Source of the DNA: Felis catus
Taxonomy: Eukaryota
Direction: 5' to 3'
DNA length: 64,000 nucleotides
Assembly (NCBI RefSeq): GCF_018350175.1
Contig: NC_058368.1
Location: forward strand, 149,794,001 to 149,858,000
Part shown: one piece after another, positions 13,784 through 27,557 of the stretch
Layout of the letters: every line of letters begins with the position of its first letter
Position numbering within the stretch: the stretch's first letter is position 1
Position numbers and translations under genes: made by a program
Notes under the pieces: model-generated
Database searches by the model: none
Told to the model about the DNA's origin: nothing
Seen by the model: the letters and a program-made list of their open reading frames with translations, nothing else

Positions 13784-14157
13784 GTGGCAGTAGTGTGTTT
13801 TTAAAAGCAGATCCTTGTTAGCTTTATTTCTTGAACAATTGTGAAGAAATTCTTCCCCATTTATTTTCACTTAAGTGACTATAAGGTCACTCATTATATA
13901 CATACAGTGACCTTAGTTGTTTATCCATATCAGTTGAGTTTTAGCATGGCTGCCTAAGAATGGATTTAGAGGAAATTCCTAATCACTGGGTTAAATAGTG
14001 ACTTTATGAAGGCTTAGCAATATTTTACTGCCTTTTAGTTCTTAGCTAAGAAAACGAATCCAGATATCTAGAGTGGAATTGCTACTGTACTTATTTATGG
14101 GACATAGTAATGCTTTTGATTGCTGGTAATAGAAATAGAATTAAAATTAGTTTTCAG

Positions 14158-14500
14158 TATGGTTGATCTTTGAACAATATGGAGGTTAGGGGCACTGGCC
14201 CCCCTCTTCCCCCCCCCCCCCCGCACAGTCAAATTGGTGTGTAATTTTGACTCCCCCAAAACTTAATTACCAATAGCCTGGTGTGAACTGGAAACCTTAC
14301 TGATAACATAAACAGTACATAAACACATATTTTGTATGTTATATATATTTTATACTGTGTTCTTACAGTAAAGTAAGCTGGAGAAAATAAAACATTACTA
14401 AGAAAATCATAAGGAAGAGAAAATACATTTGCGGTACTATTTCTATACTTCCTGAAAAGAATTTGCATATAAATTGACCTGTGTAGTTCAAACTGTAGTT
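14158..14500 (-). mobile_element. Tigger2a-like DNA transposon
   Basis: ggttgatctttgaacaa end and ttttgactcccccaaaacttaa core; reverse-complement homolog of 37445-37760. Confidence 0.7.
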
Positions 14501-14731
14501 CTTTGGAATCCTATAAAGAATTGTCTCTATTTGTCATTGCTGGCAATTAAAGGCAAGTTAATTATGATTTGATGTTTGTTTTTAGTCCTTACATAAATGT
14601 CTCTTGAAATTCAGAAGAAAGGAGCACAGATCTCACACTGACAGGAGATTGCATCCTTTAGTTAATTCCAAAATTCCTGAATATCATCCTCAGAATGTTT
14701 TCATCATGAAACCATTTTTGATATAATTTTA

Positions 14732-14941
14732 TTTTCTTTTAAAAATTGTTGAAGTTTTATTTATTTAGACAGAGAGAGAGAGAGTGGGAGGAGCCGAGAG
14801 AGAGGGAGAGAGAGAATCTCAAGCAGGCTCTGCATTGTCAGTGCAGAGCCTTATGCAGGGGTTGAACCCATAAACTGTGAGATCATGACCTGAGCCAAAA
14901 CTGAATCAGATGCTTAACCGACTGAGCCATCCAGGTGCCAC
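14732..14941 (-). mobile_element. Can-SINE
   Basis: Typical body; TSD ttgat(a/g)taatttta. Confidence 0.88.
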
Positions 14942-14955
14942 TTGATGTAATTTTA

Positions 14956-15945
14956 TTTATTTTTTATCTAATAATTTATTTTTTATAATTAACATTCAAG
15001 TTAGCATATGCTGCAACAATGATTTCAGGAGTAGATTCCTTAAGCTACTTACCCATTTAGCCCATCCCTTCTCCCACAACCCCTCCAGCAACCCTCTATT
15101 TGTTCTCTACATTTAACAGTCTCATGTTTTGTCTCCCTCCCTGTTTTTATATTATTTTTGCTTCCCTTCCCTTATGTTCATCTGTTTTTTAAAATTTTTT
15201 TCAACATTTATTTATTTTTGAGACACAGAGAGAGATGAACACGAGTATGAGCGGGGGAGGGGCAGAGAGCGAGGGAGACACAGAATCCGAAGCAGGCTCC
15301 AGGCTCCAAGGTGGCAGCACAGAGCCCAAATGCGGGGCTCCAACCACAAACCAGGAGATCATGACCTGAGCTGAAGTCAGATGCTTAATTAACTGAGCCA
15401 CTCAAGCACCCATTCATCTGTTTTGTATCTTAAAGTCCTCATATGAGTGAAGTTATATGATATTTGTCTTTCTCTAATTTCGCTTAGCATAATACCCTCT
15501 AGTTCCATCTATGTAGTTGCAAATGGCAACATTTCATTCTTTTTGATTGCTGAGTAATACTCCACTGTATATATATACCACATCCTCTTTATCCATTCAT
15601 CCATCAATGGACATTTGGGCTCTTTCCATACTTTGGCTATTGTTGATAGTGCTGCTATAAACATTGGGGTGCATGTGTCCCTTTGAAACAGCATACCTGT
15701 ATCCCTTGGCAAAATACCTAGTATTGCAATTGCTGGGTCATAGGGTAGTTGTATTTTAGTTTTTTGAGGAACCTCCATACTGTTTTCCAGAGTGGCTGCA
15801 CCAGTTTGCATTCCCACCAGCATTGCGAAAGAGATCCTCTTTCTCCACATCTCCGCCAACATCTGTTGTTGCCTGAGTTGTTAATGTTAGCCCTTCTGAC
15901 AAGTGTGAGGTGGTATCTCAGTGTGGTTTTGATTTATATTGCCCC
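14956..15945 (-). mobile_element. Felid L1 3' end (ORF2 C-terminus + 3'UTR), 5'-truncated, interrupted by a SINE
   Basis: ORF 15509-15862 contains YDPAIAILG..TCTPMFIAALSTIAKVWKEPKCP (L1 ORF2 C-terminus); TSD ttgatgtaatttta. Confidence 0.9.
15189..15411 (-). mobile_element. Can-SINE nested in L1
   Basis: TSD ttcatctgtttt (15177-88, 15413-24). Confidence 0.9.
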
Positions 15946-16884
15946 TTGATGTAATTTTAAAAGTTAATAGAAAATATCTAATATTTTTACTTTCACCTTT
16001 TTTTTTTTTTTAAGGAACCTATGTGATGTGATAAAAAAAAAATTTAACACTATAGTATCTGAAATCATATAGAGTCTTAATGTGCTGTTGGGTCATTAAT
16101 ACCTTGTAACAATATACTATTAATATTTATGGAAGTGGTATTATTTACCTAGTGAAAAGGCCTATGAGTGAGTGCAATGAAGAAAAATTGAGATTTAATA
16201 GTTTGCAGACCTATCGTGGTATGCTTTACATGCCAGGCTAAGGAGCTTGTGCATTGTAGTGTAAAATACAGAGAGGAATCCTGTTCTACTTCTCAAAATA
16301 GTTGTTCTTTTTTTAAGATTCCAGTCATTCTGGCTTTCTTTTTTTCCTCCTACTCCTATCTAAACATTTATTAAGATTGTTCTTTTCTACCTCCTAAATT
16401 GCTTCCAAACTTTTTTTTTTCTTTTTCTTTTTTTAAATCTCCTATGGCTTCAAACCCTCATTTTCTCTTTCCTCCTTTTGGAGTAGTTTGTTAATTTTCT
16501 CCTTGTCCCTCATCTCTTTTTCTGCCAAGTAATCACTCTCTTTATCAGTAACTTCCAAAATTTCTTTTATTTCATCCAAGTAAAAATTAAGAAATTCACT
16601 GTATGTTGTGATACAGAATTTATCTGTGTGTGAAATACAAAACAATGAGACCAAAACCCATGAAATACACCCTTTTTAATTACTACTTAGGATGCATTTT
16701 ATTTTCTTTGTAATGCTGTTCTGTTCTACATAAACCTACTGGTAGAGGGTAACTGAATTTAATTCCAGACTCCCATTAGCATGAAGAGCTGCTTTGTATT
16801 AATTGCCAGTATAATTTTGTAAAAACAAATTTTCCCATGTTTTTTTCTTGAAACCTTTCCTTCCATGAGTCTATATCATCTGGA

Positions 16885-17165
16885 GAGTAGTGACTTTCAA
16901 ATCTCATTTTGACCGTGACTCACCAAAAAAAATAAATAAATAAAAAAAATAAAACCAGATTTTTACATCTGTGACCTAGTATACACATATAAACAGACAT
17001 TTATAATGGAAACAAAAGTTCAATGAAAAAAATTTACCCTTACTGCCTGTGATGCCCTCTATTTGCTATTCTGTTCTCATCTTTTTCACTTAGAAAAAAT
17101 GCTGATTGGACCTACAAAATGGATTTCTTGACCCAATGGCTTTTGAGACATGCAGGTTGAGACCA
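16885..17165. mobile_element. Possible degraded hAT/Charlie-type MER element
   Basis: cagt-like end (gtagtgactttcaaa) and general resemblance only. Confidence 0.3.
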
Positions 17166-17849
17166 AAAAAAAAAAAAAAAAAAAAAAAAAATTAAAGCTT
17201 ACTTTAGTATGACAGACAACACCAACCTACCTAGTTTTACAATATTGTATATTTCATCAATGCTATACTGTTTATTCCTTAAACCTGACCTGGTATTTTG
17301 TCTCTCCATTTACCATGTCTACTGTCTGGGGTGCCCTTTTCTCTTGATAGTGTGGCAAACTCTCATTCATTCTTCTGAATACAGCTGGAACATTACTGAA
17401 AGCTGGAACATTACTGAAACATATCAAAAATAAAGGTTTCTTCTTAAGCAGTGACAACAATGATTTCATCAAGCAAATTTGAGAAGAAATGTTTTCTTAA
17501 AGAATTAAATGGCAGTATATTAATTAAATTAACATGGGGTGAATAAAAGATTTCTGGCTAGAAAGACCTAGCAGTAATGTGGTTGGTGCTATTGATATAT
17601 TTAAGTAATGGAGGTTTTAGAAAATGACACTGTCATAATAGGCTCATAGAAAATGGAGCCATATTAAGGTTAATTTTGTCAGTGATCATCTACATTCAGG
17701 GGATTGGGTTTTTTTAAGCCCAAAGATAAAACTTGCTTGTTTCCGGTGCAGTTATTTTTTTATTATGTAAATACTTTAATTAAATATATGAATTATCTGT
17801 ATCTTTTTATCCAGATTTCATGCTCAATAAGTAGCATTCTCTACTAATT

Positions 17850-18600
17850 TTGTTTTGAAAAATTTCCTATCTGCAAATATCATTTACCTTTATATTTTGC
17901 TGCATTTCACTTATCTGTTTGCCTTTATACATGTATATTTCTGCTGAACTATTTGTGAGATACTTGCAGAGATCATGTTTCTTCACTCTAAAATACTTCA
18001 TTTGTATTTTCTAAGAATAAGGACAGTAGCCTACATAGCCAAATATAATAAATTTAACATTAATGTTCATGTTCAGGTATCTGCAGTTGTTCCTATAATG
18101 TCTTTTTATGTCTGCTAATTTTATTGTAATGAATTGCATTTGTTATGTCTCTTTAGTCTCCTTTAATCTAGAACAGTTCTCTCAACTTTTTTTTTTTTTT
18201 TTTTTAATGGCATTGACATTTTTGAAGAGTCCAGGACAGTTGCTTTGGAGAATGTGACTCAGTTTGTATTTGTTTGATTGTTGCTTCATAATTAGATTCA
18301 GGTTAACTATTGGCAGAAATACTTCGTAGATCATGACTTCTGTACATTGTATCCAGGGGCACATGATGTCACTTGTCCTATTGATGTATAGAAGTTTGAA
18401 CTTGGCTAAGGTGGATTTCATCAGATTTTGCCATTAAAAAAAGGAAATTAATAAATAATAAATACCCATTGGTTTTAGTATTCATTGATGATTTTTAACT
18501 GAATCAGTTATTACTCTGTTGTAATGGTATTATAGAATGGTGAGGGGTTTTTTTTGCCCCTGTTTATTATACCTTTGAAATTTCCTAGTTGGCGGTCTTC
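17850..18600 (-). mobile_element. L1MC-type 3' fragment
   Basis: tctctttagtctcctttaatctagaacagtt, gacatttttgaagagtccaggacag, attagattcaggtta. Confidence 0.65.
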
Positions 18601-19936
18601 ATTACACAACCTTGTGGTAACAGTTTGGCTTCCCACTTAACAGGCTTTCTGGGGTAAAGAAAGCTGGGAAGAGAGACATGTATTTTTGTTGTTAATAGAA
18701 AAATTACTGTGGTTTCTATATTAGTCATTTATGAATTTTGTTAGAATGGATCGACAGCCTTTGTCTAATCAACTCTTGAAACTTAACTGACTTTAATTTG
18801 AGTTGCAGACCCTGCCTATTGCTATGTCATGAAGTGTCTTGGCAGCCAGCAAGTTAATTCTGCCTAGCATCCTTTTGTTTCATGTGTTTTTACAGTGACC
18901 TTGTCAAAATAATGAGAGCCAGGGGGATGCATATCAGAAAAGGCATTGGATTTTATTGGCTAAGGTGATGAATAATTAATAGAAGTGCTATTTGACTAAG
19001 ACGGTGAATGATTATAGGTAAGCTTAGGTAATTTAGGTAAGGTTTTTTTTGGTTTTTTTTTTTTTTTTTTTTTTTTACTAATCAACTTATTTTTCAGAGC
19101 AATTTTAAGTTAAAGGCAAAATTGAAGAGGAGGTACAGAAGATTCTCATATCCTTGCCTCCACACATGTACAGTCCCTCCCACTATCAACATCCTGTATC
19201 ACAGTGGTACAGTTGTTACAGTCAACAAACCTAAATTAACACATCATTATCACCCAAAGTTCGTGATTTACATTCGGAATCACTCTTGGTGCTGTGTATC
19301 TTACGGGTTTTAACAAATGTAAAGTGACATGTTTCCACCACTGTAGTATCATACAGTGGTGGAATAATTTCACTACCCTAAAAATCCTCTATGTTCAACC
19401 TAATCATCCCTTTCTCTTCACTCCACCCTCCAAATTTTGGCAGTCTTTTTACTATCTCCATAGTTTTGCTTTTTTCCAAAATGTCATAGAGTTGGAATCT
19501 CATTACAGTTTGTAATCTTTTCAGTTTGGCTACTTAGACTTAGTAATATGTATTTAAGGTTCCTATATATTTTCATTGTTTGATAGTTCATTTCTTTTTA
19601 GTGCTGAATATTATTCTATTGTCTGGGATATACCTCATTTTATGTATCCACTTGCATACTAAGGGTGTCTTGGTTGTGCCCAAGTTTTGGAATCAGTAAA
19701 GCTGCTGTAAGCATCTGTTGCAGGATTTTATAGGGACCATAAATTTTTAGTTCGTTTGGGAAAATATCAAGGAATACAATTGCTAGATTATATGGTAAAA
19801 GTATAATTATTAAGAAATCTCCAAAGTGTCTTCCACAGTTGCACCATTTTACATTCCCACCTGCAATGAGTGAAGGTTTGTGTTGTTCTACATCCTCATC
19901 AGCATTTAGGGTCAGCGTTTTGGATTTTGGCTGTTC

Positions 19937-19952
19937 TTTTTAAATATTTATT

Positions 19953-19995
<43 letters not shown>

Positions 19996-20177
19996 CAGAC
20001 ACACACAAAGTGCGAGCAGGGGAGGAGCAGAGAGAGAGGGAGATACAGAATATGAAGCAGGCTCCAGGTTTCCAGCTGTCCGCACAGAGCCCGACGTGGG
20101 GCTCAAACTCACAAACCACGAGATCATGACCTGAACTGAAGTTAGATGCTTAACTGACTGAGCCACCAAGGTGCCCC
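19937..20177 (-). mobile_element. Can-SINE with (GA)n
   Basis: TSD tggattttggc. Confidence 0.9.
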
Positions 20178-21727
20178 TGGATTTTGGCCATTCTAATAGG
20201 TGTCAGTCTTTTGGTTAGATTTGTATTTTGCAAATACTTTCTTTGAGCCTGTGTCTAGTGTTCTCATTCTCTTGACATTGTCTTTCACAGAGCAAAAGTT
20301 TTGAATTTTAATCAAGTCTAGCTTAGGTATTATTTCTTTTCTGGATTAAGCCTTTGGTGTTTTATTTAAAAAGTCATCACTATACCTACCCAAGGTCATC
20401 TAGGTTTTTGTAGTACATTATCTTCTAGGAGTTTTATAATTCTGAATTTTACATTTGCATCTGTGATCTATTTTGAATTTAGATTCTTGGTTTTTTTTTT
20501 TTTTTTTTTTTTTGTTTTTTTTTTTTTTTTGCATTTGAATATACAGTTGTTCCAACACAATTTGCTGAAAAGACTATCTTTGCTCTGTATATTGCCTTTG
20601 CTCCTTTGTCTAAGACCTGTTGACTGTATTTATGGGGTCTGTTACTAGGCTCCCTGTTCTGTTTACTTGATCTGTTTTTTCACCAATAGCACTTTGTCTT
20701 TATTACTGTTGCCTTGCCATAAATCTTGAAGTCAAGTAATGTCAATCCTCTAAGTTTCTTCTTCTTTAATACTGAGTTGGCTACTCTGGGTGTTTTGCCT
20801 CTCCATATAAACTTTAGAATTAGTTACGACATATTTAGATATGACATCTTGACAGTATTGAGTCTTCCTGTCCATGGACATGGAGATAATCTCTTCATTT
20901 ACTTAGCTCTTTGATTTTGTTCATCAGAGTTTTATAGTTTTCCTCATATAGATAGACCTTGTACATATTTTGTTAGATTTATAGCTGCGTCTCTCTTTTG
21001 AGTGCTAAAATAAATGGTGATATGTTTTAAATTTCAAATTCCACTTGTTCATAGCTGATAATAGGAATGCTATTGGCTTTTGTATATTAACCTTGTATCC
21101 TGCAACCTTGCTGTATAGTCTATTACAGTTTTTTTTTTTTTAATCGATTCTTTTGGATTTCCTGTACAGAAAACTATGTCATCTGAGGACAATGACAGTT
21201 TTATTTCTTCCTTCCTAATTCTATACCTTTTATTTCCTTCTCTGGTCTAATGTGTTAAGACTTTCCAGTATGATGTAAAGGCATGATGAGAGAAGATAAT
21301 CCTAATAATGATAATAATAATAATAATAATTCCTAATCTTAATGGGAAAACTTTAAGTTTCTTGCCATTTGTGATGTCAATTTCAGTTTTTCTCTATGAC
21401 TTGTTTAAAGTTTTAAGATCTTTACCAAGGAAGTTCCCTAGTATTTCTAGACTTTTGGGAGGTTTGTCATATCATTAAGAGGTGTTGGATTTTGTCAAAA
21501 ATCCAAAAATTTGTTGGATTTCTTATTTCATTGAATTTTCTCTATTGATGTTTTGTTGAATTTTGCTCTAATTTTTATTACTTTTCTTATGCTTGCTTTG
21601 GATTTAATTTGCTCTTCTTTTTCTAGTTTCTGAAGGTTGAAGCTTCAGATATTGATTTTAGATCTTTTCTACTTTATGGATTTAGTGCTATAAATTTCTA
21701 AGTACTGGTTTGCTCTATCCCACGATA

Positions 21728-21800
21728 TTTTTAAAGTTTATATATTTTTAGAGAGAGAGGGAGAGAGAGAGAGGAAGGGGCAGAGACAGAATCCTAACCA
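21728..21800 (-). mobile_element. Can-SINE 3' fragment
   Basis: Only the tail and (GA)n..ggggcagagacagaatcc are present. Confidence 0.6.
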
Positions 21801-23908
21801 GATTTCTCTCTGAAGACTTCTTTTTAACATTTCATGCAAAGCAGATCTACTTTCAACCAGTTTCCTTAATTTTTGTTTGAGAAGTATTTTTTCCTGTGCT
21901 TTTGAGGGAGAGTTTCACAGGGTATAGAATGCTAGGTTGGTGGTTTCTCTCAGCACTTTAGAGATTTCATTCCACTCTTGTTTATTGCATGGTTTGTGAG
22001 GAGAAGTTGGATTTAATACTTTATCTTTGCTTCTCTATAGGTAAGGTGTATTTTCTCCTCTGGCTTCTTTCAACATTTTCATAAAATGTTTGATTTTCTG
22101 AAGTTTGTATATGATATGATATGCCTAGGTGTACTTCTTCTGGCATTTATCTCGCTTGGTATTTCTGAGTTTCCTGAATCTGTGGTGTCTGACACTGATA
22201 TGGGAAAATTCACCATCATTATTGCTTAAGTATTGCTTTTCTTACTTTCTCTTTTTTTCTCTTCTGTTATTTTCATTAAATATATTTATGATATATCTTT
22301 TGTAATTTATAAGATATATCTTTTGTAATTGTCACACGGTTCTTGGATGTTCTGTTCTTCTTTCAGGCAGTTTTCTTTTTGGAAGTTTCTACTGTCATGT
22401 CAGGTTTGTTCGTTGTTTCCTATCATTTCCAATCTACTAATGAGTCCATCAAAGGCAGTCTTCATTTCTGTTACTGTGTTTTTTATCTCTAATGTTCCTT
22501 TTTGATTGCTTTGTAGAATTTACATTTCTTTGTTTACATTGACTTTCTGTTGTTTACTTTTTCCATTAAAATGCTTAGCATGTTAATAATAGGTTAATAA
22601 AAAAAGGATTCTGGCCTGATAATTCCATCATTCTGCCACATCTGACTCTGGTTTGATGCTTGTGCTGTCTTTTCAAATTTTGTTTTTTGCCCTTTAGCAT
22701 GTCTTGTAATTTTCTGTTGGAAGGTGGGCATAATGTACTGGATAAAAGTAACTGTGGTAGATAGGCCTTTAACAGTGTAGTGATAAGGTGTGGGGGAAAC
22801 GAAGTGTTCTGTAGTGCTATGATTAGGTCTTAGTTTTTAGGTGATTCTGTGCCCCTGGACTCTGAACCCTAAACTGTTTATCAGTTTGTTTTATCCTTTA
22901 GGTGGGACAGGATAGCTATAAAGGGCTAGAGTAGAATATTTCCCTTTCCCTACATTGAAGGCTAGAGCTGGCTTGAGTTGGATATTAGACTCTTGATAAG
23001 ACCCCAGCATGTTAGGCATTGATAGCTTAATTTCTTCCGAGTTCAAGCATTGTTAAGAATATATTGCTCTGGAGAATTTAAACATGGTTCGTTTCCCTCC
23101 CAGTCCCGGAGGCATGAGGTGATTTTTCTCAGATATTTACTGTGAGGACGTGATAGTGGTCTTGAAAGTAAAACTCACAAAAGTGTTGCTGCCCTCCCTC
23201 CATTACTGGGTACTCTTGGAGTTTTAAACTCTCAGAATTGTCCACACTGAACCTCTAGTAATTCCTCAATAGCAGTTTAGGTTTTCCTTCTCTGGTGCTT
23301 GGTTCCCCCAGGGAGGTTTCTGCTCAGGTAAGTTATGATTTGCTTCAATTGCCTGTTTTTCTCTCAGTTTTGGGGGCAGCTTGGGGGCCCTATGACCTCA
23401 TTTCTCTGATGGATCCAAGCCATCGGAGATCTTGACAAAACAATTGCAAGTGACTTAAAGGAGTTTTAAGTGAAAGGTTTTAAAGAGTTTAAAATGAGTT
23501 TGGTTTATGGAAATTTTGAGGCTAAACCTTTCAAAAGAATGGTAGCTAGAAGGCATAGCAAAGTAGCAGCTTTTTCAAAATAGCAAAGAGAACTAATGTG
23601 AATGAGACTACTATATTTTAATCCTAGTAAATATTTAAATGTCTTCTTAAGCATTTAGCTTGGGTTTCTTGTTTATACTTCATTGTGTTCAAAAGCAAGT
23701 TATGATTTATTTTAAATTATATTAATATATTTAGTCACAACCTAGAAAAATTAAGGCAGAGATTTTATCATTAGGAGAAAGCAGTTTGAACAACTAGAGG
23801 AAGTTACTAGCCGATCAGCCAGTGTCCTCTGTTTCTTAAGCACTTCGTAACATTTTCTAAATTGTGCAGTGCATCATTCAGTCATAAGAATTAGTGTTCT
23901 GTGACTTT

Positions 23909-24110
23909 ATTTTTTTTTAATGTTTATTCATTTTGGGGGGGGGGGGAGTGCATGGGAGAGGGACAGAGACAGGGAGACACAGAACTTGAAGCAGGCTCCA
24001 GGCTCCATGCTGTCAGCACAGAGCGTGGTGCAGGGCTTGAACTCCCGAACCGCGAGATCGTGACCTGAGCTGAAGTCTGACGCTTAACCAACTAAGCCAA
24101 CCAGGTGCCC
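23909..24110 (-). mobile_element. Can-SINE
   Basis: TSD ctgtgacttt. Confidence 0.9.
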
Positions 24111-26400
24111 CTGTGACTTTTTGATTGTTAAATAATTTGGATCTATATTCTTAGGAATCCAGAATGCACATGGTTCAAGGATCCCTATGTTTTTAGGGTA
24201 AAAAATAAACTTTTTCATGTAACTCTGCCTTTCCTAAACTTAATTACATGGTTAGTGAACACTGTTTGTGGAGCATGTTGAGAAATATTAATTGTAAAGT
24301 AGCTAGGTTTCTATGCACCTGGTGTTTATAGGGGAAGTAGTATATAGAGGAAGCTCCCATAGATTAGAGTTTGGAAAACCTGAGCTTCTGTTTTTAATGC
24401 TTTTAGTGAATCACTGTATTGGAAAATGTATTTAATTTCCTCTTGGTTCAGTTTTCCTTTTGTAAAATTTGGTAACTTTTCTCCTTTTCTAATTCCCTGT
24501 AATGGTGATAGTTCTTATTTATAAAAACAGCTTTTGTAAAAGCACTTATGGATAGGGTTTGTTTGTGATTTTTAGAGAAGGTGAACATTTGACACCTCCC
24601 TTATGGAGGCAGGTCACATTGAGGTGAATTGGCACAGAAATCAGAAAGCTGTCTAAATATTGAAACAGTAAATTAATCAAGTACATAAGTGAATGCATGT
24701 TAACTTTATGTAGAGGATGCAGGGCTAATGATGTGAATTGTCATGTAATTTTTTTTCATACAAAATAATTTGTGGCCAGGATGAGATAACAATAAAGCAA
24801 GAATAAATATACATTTTAGTGTTATTTGTTAAGAGTTAGATATACGAGGAAATTTCCCAGCAGGAAAGCTTATCCCACTTATTAATGACAAATATGTTAG
24901 AAACATGATAGAAAATTTTTGGGTAAAATCATAAGCAGTTGTTTTTGAGATAACGTCTGCACTTAATATAATTGCTTTGTTCTAAGGAACTTAAAACTAT
25001 ATGAGTTTCAGAATAATGCCTGTGGTAATTGGGGATGAAAGATTTTTATATGAAGAGGGACTAAAGCATTCAGATTTTTAATTACTGGAACAGCTTAAAA
25101 TGATGTATGTGATTTAAGGTTACATAGTGAATAGGAAAAGGGAAGAATGGTGACAGAATACTAAAATGTATAAAAATACATATGTCAAAGAGGCAGAAGC
25201 ATGTGTTCCCATCATATATCTGACCTTAGTGGTCATGAATTGTTGGTAACAGGAAGCCAGAACAGGTGAAACAAGAGTAGGTCCTGGCTCTGTCATCCAT
25301 TGACTCAGCTTCTAGTACTGATCATAGAGTCTTAGGCTATTGCGCAGAATATAATGTAGTTACCACAGTCTTGGCCTGTGCAAACATTTGGCAGTATTAG
25401 GGGTTAAGGAATATTGAGTCCAGGATAATGTAATAGATGGGGGTGGAGGGCAACAGTTGGATAATATACTGTTGTGAGATGTCTAATGTGGATATAATTT
25501 TGCCTAGTATTGTGTGTATCAAAATATATTTAAACATGATCCTTTTTAATGTTAAAATGCAAGTTTTAGTATAGAGTTTCTCTGCATTTACAATTACTTT
25601 TCTTGAGTATGCAGTTAAGGATAACATTGAATCATAACATATATTAAGTTTAGCATCCTAAACTTAGGATTTTAATAAGTAGTACTTACATAGTAATGTA
25701 GCTGTTGTGTTTATATGTATTGTATATTTTTGATACTATGTGTTAATACATATTAGTACATTATTACCACTTACTAATAATCCCTGTGTAATCCATCTTT
25801 AAATTTGAGAACAGAATATTACCAGCATCCTAGAAGTCCTTTTGTGCCTGTTTCCAGTGTAATACCCATACCACCTCTCTCTCTCTCCAAGATAAACACA
25901 ATCCTAGTTTCTTATGCCATAGATTATTTTTGGGTTATTGAATTTATGTAAATTAGGTTTTATATAAATTGAGTAATATAGCACATATTCTTTTGTGTTC
26001 ATAAACTTTACATTTGTGAGATTTATCCATGTTGTTACATGTAGCAATAGTTCACTCGCCTTATTGCTTACAGTATTACATTGTGACTCTACCACAGTTT
26101 ATTATCTTTTCTGCTATTAATGGACGTAATTAGGTTGTATCTGGTTTTGGCTTATAAATAGTGCTACTCTGAATCTTCTTTAATGTCTTTTGAACAACAT
26201 TTATATGCAGTTGCAGTAGTTGCATCCCTAAGATTAGAATTGCTGGATCATAAGGTGTTCATATGATAACCTTGGTAGATGTTGTTAAATGGTTTTGCAA
26301 AGTGCTGGTACCAATTTAAATTCTCAGTGGCAGTGTATGAGGATTCCAGTTACTCCCCATTCTTGGCAACTGTTGGTATTATCCTTTTCATTGTAGCTAC

Positions 26401-26625
26401 TTTAAAAAAAATTTTATGTTTATTTATTTTTGAGAGAGAGAGAGAAAGAAAAAGAGAGACAGAGCATGAGCAGGGGAGGGGCAGAGAGAGACACAGAATC
26501 TGCAGCAGGCTCCAGGTTCTGAGCTTTCAGCACAGAGCCCGACACAGGGCTCAAACTCATGAACTCTGAGATCATGACCTGAGCCGAAGTTGGACGCTCA
26601 GCCAACTGAGCCACCCAGGTGCCCC
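26401..26625 (-). mobile_element. Can-SINE
   Basis: TSD tcattgtagcta. Confidence 0.9.
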
Positions 26626-26916
26626 TCATTGTAGCTATTTTGGTGGGTGAGTGATGAAATAGTCCTTGTGGTATTAATTTGTATTTTCCTGATATGATGA
26701 ATAATGTGTACATTTTCATTTTTATTGACTATTTTGATAGCCTCTTCTATAAATTATTCAAGTCTTGTGCTATTTTTCTATTGAGGTTTTTTTGTTTATT
26801 TGTTTTTTAATTACTGATTTCTAGTTGTTCTTTGACCTGGCTGTTATATTAATCCTTTGTTGGATGTATGTATACCTTACAGAAATCAGTTTGCATCTTA
26901 GATCTTTACTATCTCT

Positions 26917-27116
26917 CTTTTTTTTTAATTTTATTGTGAGAGAGAGACAGAAAGTGTGAGTGAAGGAGGGACAGAGAGAGAGACACAGAATGCAAAAACA
27001 AGCTCCAGGCTCCGGGCTGTCAGCACAGAGTCCGATGGGGGGCTAGAACCCGGAATTGTGGGATCATGAACTGAGCTGAAGTCAGACACCGACCGGCTGA
27101 GTCACCCAGGCGCCCC
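26917..27116 (-). mobile_element. Can-SINE
   Basis: TSD atcttta(ct/cc)atct. Confidence 0.88.
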
Positions 27117-27340
27117 ACATCTTTACCATCTTAATGCCAGCTTTAATGACAGAAGTTGTTAATTTTATATGGATTTGTGTATGTCAGTTTTTTTCCTTTA
27201 TAATTGGTGGTGGGTTGTTTTGTTTGAGTTTTTTGGTATTTTTTTTTTGGTCGCGTTTAAGAAATCTTTGCCTGTCCTAAGGGCATGAATATATTTGCCT
27301 ATCTTTTTTCTAGAAGCTTTATTGCTTAATTTTTCACTTT

Positions 27341-27549
27341 TTTTAAAAAAAAAATTAAATGTTTATTTTTGTGAGAGAGAGAGAGAGCGAGAGAGAGCAA
27401 ACAAGGGAGGAACAGAGAGAGAGGGAGGCACAGAATCTGAAGCAGGTTCCAGGCTCGGAGCTGTCAGCAGGGCTCGAACTCGTGAATTTGGAGATCATGA
27501 TCTGAGCTAAAAGTTGAACACTTAACTGACTGAGCCACCCAGGTACACC
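27341..27549 (-). mobile_element. Can-SINE (first of tandem pair)
   Basis: Flanked by ttcacttt. Confidence 0.88.
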
Positions 27550-27557
27550 TTCACTTT

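Larger units (their letters stand above)
19075..23420 (-). mobile_element. Decayed L1 (L1MC/MD-type), antisense
   Basis: tattatcacccaaagttcgtgatttacatt 3'-end motif followed by ORF2-derived and more 5' L1 sequence. Confidence 0.75.
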
